NCBI GenBank assembly: GCA_043766895.1
Contig: JAYUHQ010000062.1
Span: 792-64,791, forward strand
Length of the DNA stretch: 64,000 nt
From: Aestuariivirga sp.
GTDB lineage: Bacteria > Pseudomonadota > Alphaproteobacteria > Rhizobiales > Aestuariivirgaceae
Direction: 5' to 3'
Below, one piece after another: positions 48,766-57,483 of the stretch (positions are counted from its first letter, which is position 1; every line of letters starts with the position of its first letter). The notes under the pieces were generated by a model. It was given only the letters and a program-made list of their open reading frames with translations. It was not told where the DNA came from and did not search any database. The position numbers and the translations under genes are program-made.

Positions 48766-49624
48766 CTTCAATTCCATTGTGTAAAATGCCTAAGCCATCT
48801 GCTTCAACTTCAACCACGTCACCTGGCTTCAACCAAATCGGTGGATCAAATCGAGCCCCTGCCCCGGTTGGAGTACCACAAACTATAATATCGCCAGCCA
48901 CCAACGTCGTGAACGTTGAAACATAATTGATGATCTTGCTGAATGAAAAGATCATCCGCGAAGTTCGATCGAGTTGGCGCACCGCCCCATTGACGCGGGT
49001 TGTAATTTGAATATCAAAAAGTTGGCTTTCATCCGTATACGGAACAAGCCAAGGCCCCATCGAGCCTGATCGATCAAAATTCTTTCCCTGTGTTACATTG
49101 AATTTTGCATGCCTAACCCAATCGCGCAATGTGCCCTCGTTGCATAGAGTAATTGCCGCAATATGCAAAAGCGATTGGGCTTCAGGTATGCGTCTGCCAC
49201 CTTTACCAATAACAATTGCTATTTCACCTTCATAATCAAGCTGCACCGACTCTGGTGGCCGTTGAAGTGGTTGCTTGTGGCCCGTAAAAGACCGCGCAAA
49301 GCGAATAAACAGCGATGGATTGGTTGGCGCTGCTTGCCCATCTTTATATTCTTCATTGCGGTCTGGAAAATTTACGCCAACGCAAATAATTTTCTCTGGC
49401 GTCGCCAACGGTATTTCAAATTTAATGTCCGACACTGAAAAATCAACAGGCAAAGTCGCTGCACGTTTTGCAAGAGACGTTAATGCCCCAGCTTTAACCA
49501 CTGACATAAGATCGGGAAATTCTGTCGCAAAGTGCTCTGATAGGTCCACAATGCCATCGCCGACAAGCAGTCCATAACCAAGCTTTTCTTGACGTGTGAA
49601 AGATACAAATTTGGGAGCAGCCAT
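48755..49624 (-). CDS. FAH-family protein (HpaG-like decarboxylase/isomerase)
   Basis: KIICVGVN, LDYEGE, NEGTLRDW, GKNF and CGTP. AAGGA RBS before ATG 49624. Confidence 0.85.
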   Translation of the reverse strand: MAAPKFVSFTRQEKLGYGLLVGDGIVDLSEHFATEFPDLMSVVKAGALTSLAKRAATLPVDFSVSDIKFEIPLATPEKIICVGVNFPDRNEEYKDGQAAPTNPSLFIRFARSFTGHKQPLQRPPESVQLDYEGEIAIVIGKGGRRIPEAQSLLHIAAITLCNEGTLRDWVRHAKFNVTQGKNFDRSGSMGPWLVPYTDESQLFDIQITTRVNGAVRQLDRTSRMIFSFSKIINYVSTFTTLVAGDIIVCGTPTGAGARFDPPIWLKPGDVVEVEADGLGILHNGIEDEA

Positions 49625-49625
49625 T

Positions 49626-51038
49626 TTAAATTCCTTGTTCAGCCAATTCGACAATCACCTCATAGGCAGTGTTTGCATCGGCCTCTGTCATGTCCCACGA
49701 GCCTGCCTGAAACCGGATCACAAATGCGCCATCTACGTTGGTCTGAGTAAGATAAATGCGGCCGTCATTGTTGATGCGATTGATCAGGGCTTGGTTATGG
49801 CTATCTAAATCAACACCATCCATCGGATCATGCCGAAATGAAAACAGCGACAACATAGGGGGCGTCGTCACTTTGAAGTGTTTTGTGTTGGCCAAGCGTT
49901 CAGCAAGACCTTCTGACCAGCGTACGTGATTGCGGATCATCGCACGCAAGCCTTGAAGGCCATAGGCACGCAACAAAAACCACAATTTCAGGGCACGGAA
50001 GCGGCGGCCAAGCGGCACAGTCCACTCAGAATAATTGATGATGTTTTCGTGTCCATCGGTTTTCAAATATTCAGGGTGAATGGCCAACGTGCGCACCAAG
50101 CTTTTGGGATCGCGCACAAAATGAACTGAACAATCAAATTGTGCACCAAGCCATTTGTGTGGATTAAAAACCACCGAATCCGCCTCATCGATGCCTGCCC
50201 AAAAATGTCTGAACTCAGGACAGATCATGGCAGAACCCGCCCAAGCGGCATCAACATGCACATAAACATTATGACGCTTTGCCACCGCACAGACGGCTTT
50301 CAAATCATCAGTGGCGCCCACGCTAGTGCCACCCACACATGCAATTATACCCGCAGGAATAAAACCGGCATCCTCATCCGCTAAAATTGCAGCCTCTAAG
50401 GCTTCGGCATCCATGCCTCGCATGTGCCCTGTGGTTGCAATGCGAACAAGGTTTGCGCTGCCAATGCCAGACACCCAAATGGCCCTATCAATTGATGTGT
50501 GCACCTGCCCTGAACAATAAACCCGCAATTGTTTGTGCGCGTTTAATCCTTGAACATTGCCCTGCCAATTCAGCGCTCTCTCTCGCATAACCAACACAGC
50601 ACAAAGTGTTGCCGACGAAGCCGAGTCTTGAATAACACCAGTAAATTCATCAGATAGATCCAATGCGCGCCGCAACCAATCGATAACACGCGTTTCTAAC
50701 TCGGTGGCGGAAGGTGATGTCTGCCAAAGCATACATTGGGCAGCCATAGAAGAAACAAGCTGCTCTGCCACAATTGATGCCGGGGCCGCATTGGCGGGAA
50801 AGTAAGCAAAAAACCGTGGATGTTGCCAATGAGTAATGCCGGGCAATATGATTTTTTCAAAATCTGCGAATATGGCTTCCATGGGCTCCGGCGCTTCTGG
50901 TGCTGCCTCTGGCACAGCGTTGAAAATGTCTCCCGGATTTACCTGCGCACGCACAGCACGATCGCGCAGAGATGCGCGATAATCAACACCCCAATCAGCG
51001 GCTTTATGACTCCAACTGCGAAATTCAGCGTCATCCAT
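49626..51038 (-). CDS. Group II PLP-dependent aromatic-L-amino-acid decarboxylase
   Basis: PGITHWQHPRFFAYF, HVDAAWAG, FNPHKW (PLP lysine) and GRRFRALKLW. Confidence 0.92.
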   Translation of the reverse strand: MDDAEFRSWSHKAADWGVDYRASLRDRAVRAQVNPGDIFNAVPEAAPEAPEPMEAIFADFEKIILPGITHWQHPRFFAYFPANAAPASIVAEQLVSSMAAQCMLWQTSPSATELETRVIDWLRRALDLSDEFTGVIQDSASSATLCAVLVMRERALNWQGNVQGLNAHKQLRVYCSGQVHTSIDRAIWVSGIGSANLVRIATTGHMRGMDAEALEAAILADEDAGFIPAGIIACVGGTSVGATDDLKAVCAVAKRHNVYVHVDAAWAGSAMICPEFRHFWAGIDEADSVVFNPHKWLGAQFDCSVHFVRDPKSLVRTLAIHPEYLKTDGHENIINYSEWTVPLGRRFRALKLWFLLRAYGLQGLRAMIRNHVRWSEGLAERLANTKHFKVTTPPMLSLFSFRHDPMDGVDLDSHNQALINRINNDGRIYLTQTNVDGAFVIRFQAGSWDMTEADANTAYEVIVELAEQGI

Positions 51039-51049
51039 TTTTCATTACC

Positions 51050-52030
51050 TTAGGGCGCAACAATCGGCTGGGCCTTTAAAATGGCTTCGCGCGGCTCAAC
51101 ATTTTCAAAGAGCGACCCTTCTTCAAACCAAGATTTTGGCGCAGCCGCACCCCACAGTGTTTGACGCTGGGGATCTTTCAAACCCCATTTGATCGGTTCT
51201 AAATCTGGATCAACGGTGAGATAATCTGAACAATAAATTTCCACACGATGTCCATCAGGATCCCGAATATACAGAAAAAATGCATTTGAAATTCCGTGCC
51301 GACCCGGGCCGCGCTCTATGTTTTTAAGATAGCCAGTGGTCGCCATCAAATCCAGCAAGTCAATGATGTTCATCGGTGTTGGCACCCAAAATGCAACGTG
51401 GTGCAATCGTGGGCCCCGGCCATTGGTAAAGGCCATGTCATGCACACCACCTTTACGGTGCATCCATGCGGCCCAAAGTTTTTGCGACTGCTCGTCTTCA
51501 GTATATTCGGTGACGCGAAAGCCCATCTCGTTATAAAATGCAACCGAAGCATCAACACTTTCAGAGAAGCAATTGAAATGATCAATACGCAAGGGCTTCA
51601 CACCACGATACAATTTATAGTGTTGATGAATGGGGCTAAGTTTGTCCATGCTGGCATAAAATTCAAGTGGAACACCGTGCGGATCACTGGTCAAAAGGGT
51701 TCGGCCTTGATGCGGGCGGCTCACCCAACTTGTGGCGCGGCCTTGGCCTTCAAACCAAATTTTCGCTTTGTCCAAGTCCTGCTCAGCATAAACTTTAAAA
51801 CCCAAGACACGCACAACAGGTTTATCACCCTTGGAAAGAATGATGCAGTGGTGGCCACGTTCTTCCATCGCACGCATATAAATATGCGAAGCATCTTCAG
51901 CTGTGACTTGCAAACCCAAGGTATCAGCCCAAAAGGCCCGCGATATTCCAAGATCGGTGACCACAAGTTCAACATGGCTTAGACGCACAACGTTGAAATC
52001 TGGATAAAGATTGGATTTAGGTACAGGCAT
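51050..52030 (-). CDS. hpaD: 3,4-dihydroxyphenylacetate 2,3-dioxygenase (VOC type)
   Basis: RLSHVEL, RIDHFN, KGGVHDMAFT, LHHVAF, GPGRHG and RVEIY. Confidence 0.95.
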   Translation of the reverse strand: MPVPKSNLYPDFNVVRLSHVELVVTDLGISRAFWADTLGLQVTAEDASHIYMRAMEERGHHCIILSKGDKPVVRVLGFKVYAEQDLDKAKIWFEGQGRATSWVSRPHQGRTLLTSDPHGVPLEFYASMDKLSPIHQHYKLYRGVKPLRIDHFNCFSESVDASVAFYNEMGFRVTEYTEDEQSQKLWAAWMHRKGGVHDMAFTNGRGPRLHHVAFWVPTPMNIIDLLDLMATTGYLKNIERGPGRHGISNAFFLYIRDPDGHRVEIYCSDYLTVDPDLEPIKWGLKDPQRQTLWGAAAPKSWFEEGSLFENVEPREAILKAQPIVAP

Positions 52031-52033
52031 GGC

Positions 52034-53548
52034 TTAGCCTCCCAATTTTTGAATTGAATGAGCAGTGGTTGCGAACGCAACGTTTTTAGTTTCCATATAA
52101 AAGTCGAAAGACCAATCGCCGCCATCTCGCCCAATGCCCGAATTTTTTACGCCGCCAAAGGGCGCAGGCAAATGCCGAACATTCTCAGAATTGATCCAAA
52201 TCATGCCCGCTTCCAAACCATCAGAAAAGCGAAAGGCGCGCGTAACATCAGAAGTCCAAATATAACCAGTAAGGCCATATTGCACCGCATTGGCAAGCAC
52301 CAAAGCCTCTGCTTCATCCTTAAAGGGAATTGCGGTCAACACGGGCCCGAAAATTTCTTCTTGGGCAATCCGCATCGCGTTATTGGCATTCGTGAACAAA
52401 GTGGGTGACACGTAACAGCCGCCGCCGGGGCCATCAAATTTGGCGCCTCCAGCAGCTACTGTGGCACCTTCACTTTTTCCAATTTCGATATATTCCAAAA
52501 CCTTCTTTTCATGAACCGGATGAATAAGTGGCCCTATCACTGTGTCGGGATCAAGCGGGTGGCCAACTTTAATGCGTTTGGCCTTGGCGGCCACCATGGC
52601 GGTGAATTTTTCATAGATCGAATTTTCAACCAAAAGCCGCGATGAAGATGTGCAGCGCTCGCCATTCAAAGAATATATCATAAACACTGCTGCATCAGCG
52701 GCGCGTTCCAAATCTGCGTCAGCAAAAACAATGACGGGGTTTTTGCCACCAAGTTCAAAATGAATGCGCTTCAAAGTATCCGCACCTTGGCGCATGATCA
52801 TTGAACCCGTGCGGCTTTCACCCACAAAGCCAATCGCTTTGATGTCAGGATGTTCAGTTAGCGCTTTGCCGGCTTCTTCACCCAAACCATTCACCAGATT
52901 CCATACGCCTTTGGGCAGGCCTGCTTCTTCCGCAATTTCCACCAACAGGCGCGCGGTCAATGGCGAAAATTCCGCTGGTTTATGAACAACGGTACATCCC
53001 GCAGCCAGCGCTGGTGCTATTTTCCAAGTCGACAACATGAATGGTGTATTCCACGGCGTGATTATGCCAATTGGGCCCAACGGCACCCGTGTTGTCACAT
53101 TCACTTGGCCCACTGCGCGCAATGCTTGGCCATCGCGTGCCTCAGGGGCAAGATCAGCAAAATAACGGAAGTTTTCTGCGCCTCGCAAGGCGGCTTTGGC
53201 CATGAACTTCAAAGATTGGCCAGTGTCCATACATTCCACAAATGCAATTTCTTCGGCGCGTGCCACAATTCCATCTGCAATTTTGTGGAGTAATTTTTTG
53301 CGCGCAACACCAGGCATGGCCGCCCAATCTGCAAATGCGGCTTTGGCTGCCTTTGCGGCGCGGTCCACATCAATAGCTTTTCCGCGCGCCACGCGGGCCA
53401 TTGGCCTCAGATCAACCGGAGAAATGATTTCGAACGTCTCTCCATCTGCAGCTGGCACCGCCTCGCCATTGATGTGATTGAGAACCCCCTCGCGAAAGCG
53501 CTTCAAGTAAACTTCGGCGCGTTCAACATTTGTTTCAAACTGCGACAT
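52034..53548 (-). CDS. hpaE: 5-carboxymethyl-2-hydroxymuconate semialdehyde dehydrogenase
   Basis: ITPWNTPFMLSTWK, FVGES, FELGGKNP, LNGERC and ENVRHLP. Start moved to 53548. Confidence 0.95.
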   Translation of the reverse strand: MSQFETNVERAEVYLKRFREGVLNHINGEAVPAADGETFEIISPVDLRPMARVARGKAIDVDRAAKAAKAAFADWAAMPGVARKKLLHKIADGIVARAEEIAFVECMDTGQSLKFMAKAALRGAENFRYFADLAPEARDGQALRAVGQVNVTTRVPLGPIGIITPWNTPFMLSTWKIAPALAAGCTVVHKPAEFSPLTARLLVEIAEEAGLPKGVWNLVNGLGEEAGKALTEHPDIKAIGFVGESRTGSMIMRQGADTLKRIHFELGGKNPVIVFADADLERAADAAVFMIYSLNGERCTSSSRLLVENSIYEKFTAMVAAKAKRIKVGHPLDPDTVIGPLIHPVHEKKVLEYIEIGKSEGATVAAGGAKFDGPGGGCYVSPTLFTNANNAMRIAQEEIFGPVLTAIPFKDEAEALVLANAVQYGLTGYIWTSDVTRAFRFSDGLEAGMIWINSENVRHLPAPFGGVKNSGIGRDGGDWSFDFYMETKNVAFATTAHSIQKLGG

Positions 53549-53559
53549 AGATGTGCCTC

Positions 53560-53946
53560 TCAACGATTACGCAAGCGCGGATGAATTGCATTTTTTTTCC
53601 AGCTCAAATCAGCATCAATTTCTCTGATTTCGAGAGACAGCGCAAAATGTGGAGTAGCAAATTGCGGAACAAAAAACTCTGTCATGGTCGCAAACACCGC
53701 CTCGCCTACGCTCACTTTCTCCTCTTCCGAACGACCCTTTCCAATCCGCAAGCTGCCATCAACAAAAGCGTTTTGCGGCATGTCGTCAGCAACAACGAAA
53801 ATATCAGATCGGAATGCGCGAACCCTGATTGCACCCAATTCGAAAAGCTTGGTTTCATAAAGCCTCTTCACCAATAGCCTGCAAAGATCTTGCAAATTGG
53901 CAACGCCATCAAGATTGGCGCTATATTCCAGTGTGAGATGAGGCAT
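53560..53946 (-). CDS. hpaF: 5-carboxymethyl-2-hydroxymuconate isomerase
   Basis: MPHLTLEYSANL (catalytic N-terminal Pro), GAIRVRA and GKGR. Confidence 0.92.
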   Translation of the reverse strand: MPHLTLEYSANLDGVANLQDLCRLLVKRLYETKLFELGAIRVRAFRSDIFVVADDMPQNAFVDGSLRIGKGRSEEEKVSVGEAVFATMTEFFVPQFATPHFALSLEIREIDADLSWKKNAIHPRLRNR

Positions 53947-53970
53947 GAGTTTTCTCGATCAATTTATTTA

Positions 53971-54001
53971 TTAACATGTTAAATATTAAAAACGTTGTCA
54001 A
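53971..54001. promoter_or_regulatory. HpaR-like operator overlapping the hpaF promoter
   Basis: Perfect palindrome TTAACATGTTAA at 53971-53982. On -, TTGACA (54001-53996), 17 nt, CATGTT. Confidence 0.7.
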
Positions 54002-54053
54002 GAAAATTTCTTCACTATTTGCACCTTCGCACAAAATCTGAAATAAGTTCGTT

Positions 54054-54542
54054 ATGAATCTTCACATTGATCCATTGACTGATAGCATTCCAGCCGAATC
54101 CGTTGATTCACGAGGTCCTCGGCAAACACGGCGGTCATTGCCCATCGCCCTTCTGCGCGCGCGAGAATCAGTCATGGCGAAGTTCCGCCCCATGCTTGCA
54201 CGCCACAAAATAAATGAACAGCAATGGCGCGTCATTCGAATTCTGGGTGAGTTTGGCGAACTTGACGCCACCCAACTTGCTGAACGCGCCCTGGTGTTGG
54301 GCCCAAGCCTTACGCGTATGATCAAAACACTCGAAAAAAGCAAATTGATCGCAACCCGAAGCGATAAATCCGATGGCAGAAGAACGATAGTTTCAATTAC
54401 GCCCAGAGCAAGGGCTTTAATCAAAGTGGTCACACCTGAAAGTTCGGCAATTTACAAGGAAATCGAAAGAAAATTCGGCGCAGAACAAATGGAGCAGTTG
54501 CTTGATCTTCTGGAAGCTGTGGTCAGAGACAACGCTGGTTGA
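54054..54542 (+). CDS. hpaR: Homoprotocatechuate operon regulator (MarR family)
   Basis: RSLPIALLRARESVMAKFRPML and EQQWRVIR, characteristic of HpaR; divergent from hpaF. Confidence 0.93.
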   Translation: MNLHIDPLTDSIPAESVDSRGPRQTRRSLPIALLRARESVMAKFRPMLARHKINEQQWRVIRILGEFGELDATQLAERALVLGPSLTRMIKTLEKSKLIATRSDKSDGRRTIVSITPRARALIKVVTPESSAIYKEIERKFGAEQMEQLLDLLEAVVRDNAG

Positions 54543-54585
54543 ATCAAAACAAGCCCGCACATAGCAATGCGCAGGCCTGTGTGAT

Positions 54586-55176
54586 TTATTTCTTCTGTGC
54601 TTCAATTTCCAGCATCAGCTTAAGATCTGGGCCAAGCCCATATTCTGCAACTTTGGCCATGCCGTAATCAGCCGGTTTCACTATGCCAGTGGCGGAAAAA
54701 CCACTAATAATTGCTGAAGCATCCCAAGAGCGGGCTTGCTCAGCATTCCAAACAACGTCCAAGGTCACTGGTTTAGTAACGCCGATAATTGTTAAATTGC
54801 CTGTAATTTTGCCCGTTTTCTCACCGGTTTTTTCAACTGCTGTGCTGACAAAAGTGATTTTAGGAAATTCTGCAGAATTCAAAAAATCAGGGCTGTTCAG
54901 ATCTTTGTCGCGGTCTGCAAAATTGGTATCAATGCTGGTTGAATCAATTTCGACTTTCACGGAACTCTTGGCCACATCGGCTTTGTCAAAAACAATGTCG
55001 CCCGAAACCGCACGAAATTTTCCCATGGCTGTCGACCAACCGGCATGATTGATAGCGAAATTTACCCATGCATGGTCCTTGTCAATTTTATAGGTGTCGG
55101 CAGCGAAGCTCGCAGCAGGTGTTGCCAAGAACACGCCAGCTGCCAGTGCAGCAAAAAGTTCAAATTTCATTTCCAT
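54586..55176 (-). CDS. YceI family periplasmic isoprenoid/lipid-binding protein
   Basis: Signal peptide; YKIDKDHA, SIDTN...RD..L.S.DF and GNLTI.GVTKPV. Confidence 0.92.
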   Translation of the reverse strand: MEMKFELFAALAAGVFLATPAASFAADTYKIDKDHAWVNFAINHAGWSTAMGKFRAVSGDIVFDKADVAKSSVKVEIDSTSIDTNFADRDKDLNSPDFLNSAEFPKITFVSTAVEKTGEKTGKITGNLTIIGVTKPVTLDVVWNAEQARSWDASAIISGFSATGIVKPADYGMAKVAEYGLGPDLKLMLEIEAQKK

Positions 55177-55214
55177 TTCTCCCTGTTTATTGCCGGTGTT
55201 GTGATGAACACGCT

Positions 55215-56051
55215 CTATCCGATGGTGAGCCCTCGTTGGATAAAAGCGATCAGGATTGCAGCAACCGCCGGCACGGCAGCCAGAAATCCAAATATGAAAG
55301 GTTTGGTAATTGACGACACCTCGCTCAATTTTGGTGCAAAATTTGGAACCAAAAGCGAGAGTGACAAAATTGCATAAGCCAAAAGGCTAATATCTGGCGC
55401 AAATAGCGCTACCATGAAAGATATGGAAACAAAGCACAAAACCACTGATTGAAGGGCCACCGGCGATAGCGCGACTGTTCCACGGCCAAGCAAAATGGCC
55501 AGAAATTGCAGCAGCATATATCCCCCAAGCCACGCCGCAAATGCCCCCATAGCTTGGGCAAAACCAACGAAAACACCAAACAATGAAAGCAACGAGCCGC
55601 CAATTGCAAATGCCAAAAGTGCCGAAGGCCAAAGCAATACTTCGCTCGCGCGCGTTTCCAAACTTGATGTGCCAAATGCCGTTGCAAGGATTGGTGCAAA
55701 CATCAGCAATGCTTGCGGCCATGCCGCCACACCCATAAGTTTGTTGGCTCCCAACCAGGCCAATCCGAATGCCAACAGTATAATGGTGAGAAGCCAAGAC
55801 TTGATAGGAAAGTTCGAAGCCATAGCAAGCGCAACGCCAATTCCAGCAAACAGCCAACTCAATTTCTGTTTGGCGGCCATAGGCGGCAAAGAAGGAAACC
55901 CTTCCAAAAGAGTATAAATTGCCAACATCATTGCAACGGCAACAACTACCTGAACGCTTGCGTTGATGCGGCCAGACAAAACGATAATTGCCAACAGAGC
56001 GCCCAAACCAAACGGCCAAACAATTGTATGAAACATCAATGATGACAGCAA
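55215..56051 (-). CDS. Hypothetical polytopic membrane protein
   Basis: GGAGG 5 nt before TTG 56051; about 9 hydrophobic segments; no family recognised. Confidence 0.75.
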   Translation of the reverse strand: MLSSLMFHTIVWPFGLGALLAIIVLSGRINASVQVVVAVAMMLAIYTLLEGFPSLPPMAAKQKLSWLFAGIGVALAMASNFPIKSWLLTIILLAFGLAWLGANKLMGVAAWPQALLMFAPILATAFGTSSLETRASEVLLWPSALLAFAIGGSLLSLFGVFVGFAQAMGAFAAWLGGYMLLQFLAILLGRGTVALSPVALQSVVLCFVSISFMVALFAPDISLLAYAILSLSLLVPNFAPKLSEVSSITKPFIFGFLAAVPAVAAILIAFIQRGLTIG

Positions 56052-56112
56052 TTAGGCCTCCATAACTTTTGCCCAAAGCACTTTTCGAGCAAGTGCCTGA
56101 TGGGCAAAGTAG

Positions 56113-56155
56113 ATAACATGTTCATTATTTTAGTAAACATGTTAAATAAAATCAA
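56113..56155 (-). promoter_or_regulatory. Sigma70 promoter with two HpaR-like boxes
   Basis: On -, TTGATT (56155-56150), 17 nt, TAAAAT (56132-56127). AACATGTT occurs at 56115-56122 and 56136-56143. Confidence 0.65.
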
Positions 56156-56349
56156 GAACGAAGTTTTTTGGTTGGAAATCCTTTGCCCGGCACATCGGTG
56201 CCTTTCATATTGGGGTGGCTAAACAGCCAGCGTCCGTCGCTCGCATTGTTTGATCGGAAGCTGTTCTTATCTATTCATGAGGCCTATCGAATAGACATTC
56301 AAACACGCTGTATGCAGTCAGCACTTCACAGTTTATCATCAGGCGGTTT

Positions 56350-57483
56350 TTACAAACTGCCATTAACCCATGTTTGCTGCACCATAAGCTCGTCACTCAG
56401 GTGAACCAAGCTAGCGAGATAGTTGGGTTTTATAGAGCCAAGCTCGTGCTGTTGCCTTAAAAACGTCGCCGGGTTTTGTGACGCCATGCGCAAGGCGTCA
56501 TCAATACACACACCAAGATTTGTCACGCAATAACGCACAGCCTCATCCATGGTGAGATCACATCCAGCCAAAGTGCCGTCGTCAAGCTGTAGGCGACCAT
56601 CAACGCGTGTTACGATTCGGCCCTGCAATTCAAAACTGTCCGGCCCTCCAGCCGCCGTGGGCATAGCATCTGAAATAAGCATCACGCGGTTCTTGGGCTT
56701 GGCGGCAAGTGCCACTTTCATGGTGGCATCATTAACATGCAAGCCATCAGCAATCAGGCCACAGAAACTTTCTTTATCGACAAGCGCGGTTCCAACCATG
56801 CCGGGCTCGCGCCCTGTCATTTGACTCATGGCATTGAAAATATGTGTGAAGGCGCACGCACCTGCGTGAAGTGCGCGTTGAATTTCGGCGTATGTTGCGT
56901 TTGAGTGGCCAAGGCTGACCAAAACGCCTTGTTCTGCTAGCGACTGGATCAACTCCGGGGGCACACGATTAGGGGCCAACGTTAACATCACCACACCGCA
57001 ATCTGCCCCCACAATCTGTTTTAGATCTTGGGCTGTCATCGCGCGAATAAACCGCGCCTCATGTGCGCCTTTGCGTTCGATATCGAGAAATGGCCCTTCA
57101 ATATGGATGCCAAGAACGCCTGGTATGCGCGCCGTCTGTGCGGCCTTTACTGCAGCGATAGCCTGCGCGAGAATTTCTGGTGCATCGGTAATAACAGTTG
57201 GCAACAGGCCAGTGGTGCCAAATTTACGATGCGATTCTGCAATGCGCTTTACGGTTTCGATGGTTGGACGATCATTGAGCAGCGCACCACCACCACCGTT
57301 CACCTGCACGTCAATAAAGCCAGGTGCGAGGATCCCGCCATTAAGGGTTATAACCTCAATATTGCGGTCAAGTTGATCAGCCCGAACGACCTCCCGAATG
57401 CGTTTGCCTTCAACAGTTACCGCAAGACCATCGGATATGATATTACCGTCAAACACCCGCGCCCCAACAAGTGCAAAAGCCAT
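56350..57483 (-). CDS. nagA: N-acetylglucosamine-6-phosphate deacetylase
   Basis: PGFIDVQVNG, GIHIEGPFL, GHSNA, THIFNAM, DGLHV, SDAM and LAG. Confidence 0.95.
   Translation of the reverse strand: MAFALVGARVFDGNIISDGLAVTVEGKRIREVVRADQLDRNIEVITLNGGILAPGFIDVQVNGGGGALLNDRPTIETVKRIAESHRKFGTTGLLPTVITDAPEILAQAIAAVKAAQTARIPGVLGIHIEGPFLDIERKGAHEARFIRAMTAQDLKQIVGADCGVVMLTLAPNRVPPELIQSLAEQGVLVSLGHSNATYAEIQRALHAGACAFTHIFNAMSQMTGREPGMVGTALVDKESFCGLIADGLHVNDATMKVALAAKPKNRVMLISDAMPTAAGGPDSFELQGRIVTRVDGRLQLDDGTLAGCDLTMDEAVRYCVTNLGVCIDDALRMASQNPATFLRQQHELGSIKPNYLASLVHLSDELMVQQTWVNGSL

Noticed and set aside
55387-56076. Alternative-frame 229-aa ORF on the - strand
   Set aside because: It overlaps the 278-aa membrane ORF, which has a GGAGG RBS and a coherent TM pattern; the alternative is Cys/Arg/Trp-rich, typical of an off-frame read.
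56168-56404. 78-aa + strand ORF in the nagA downstream gap
   Set aside because: No RBS or recognisable features, and it overlaps the nagA 3' end.
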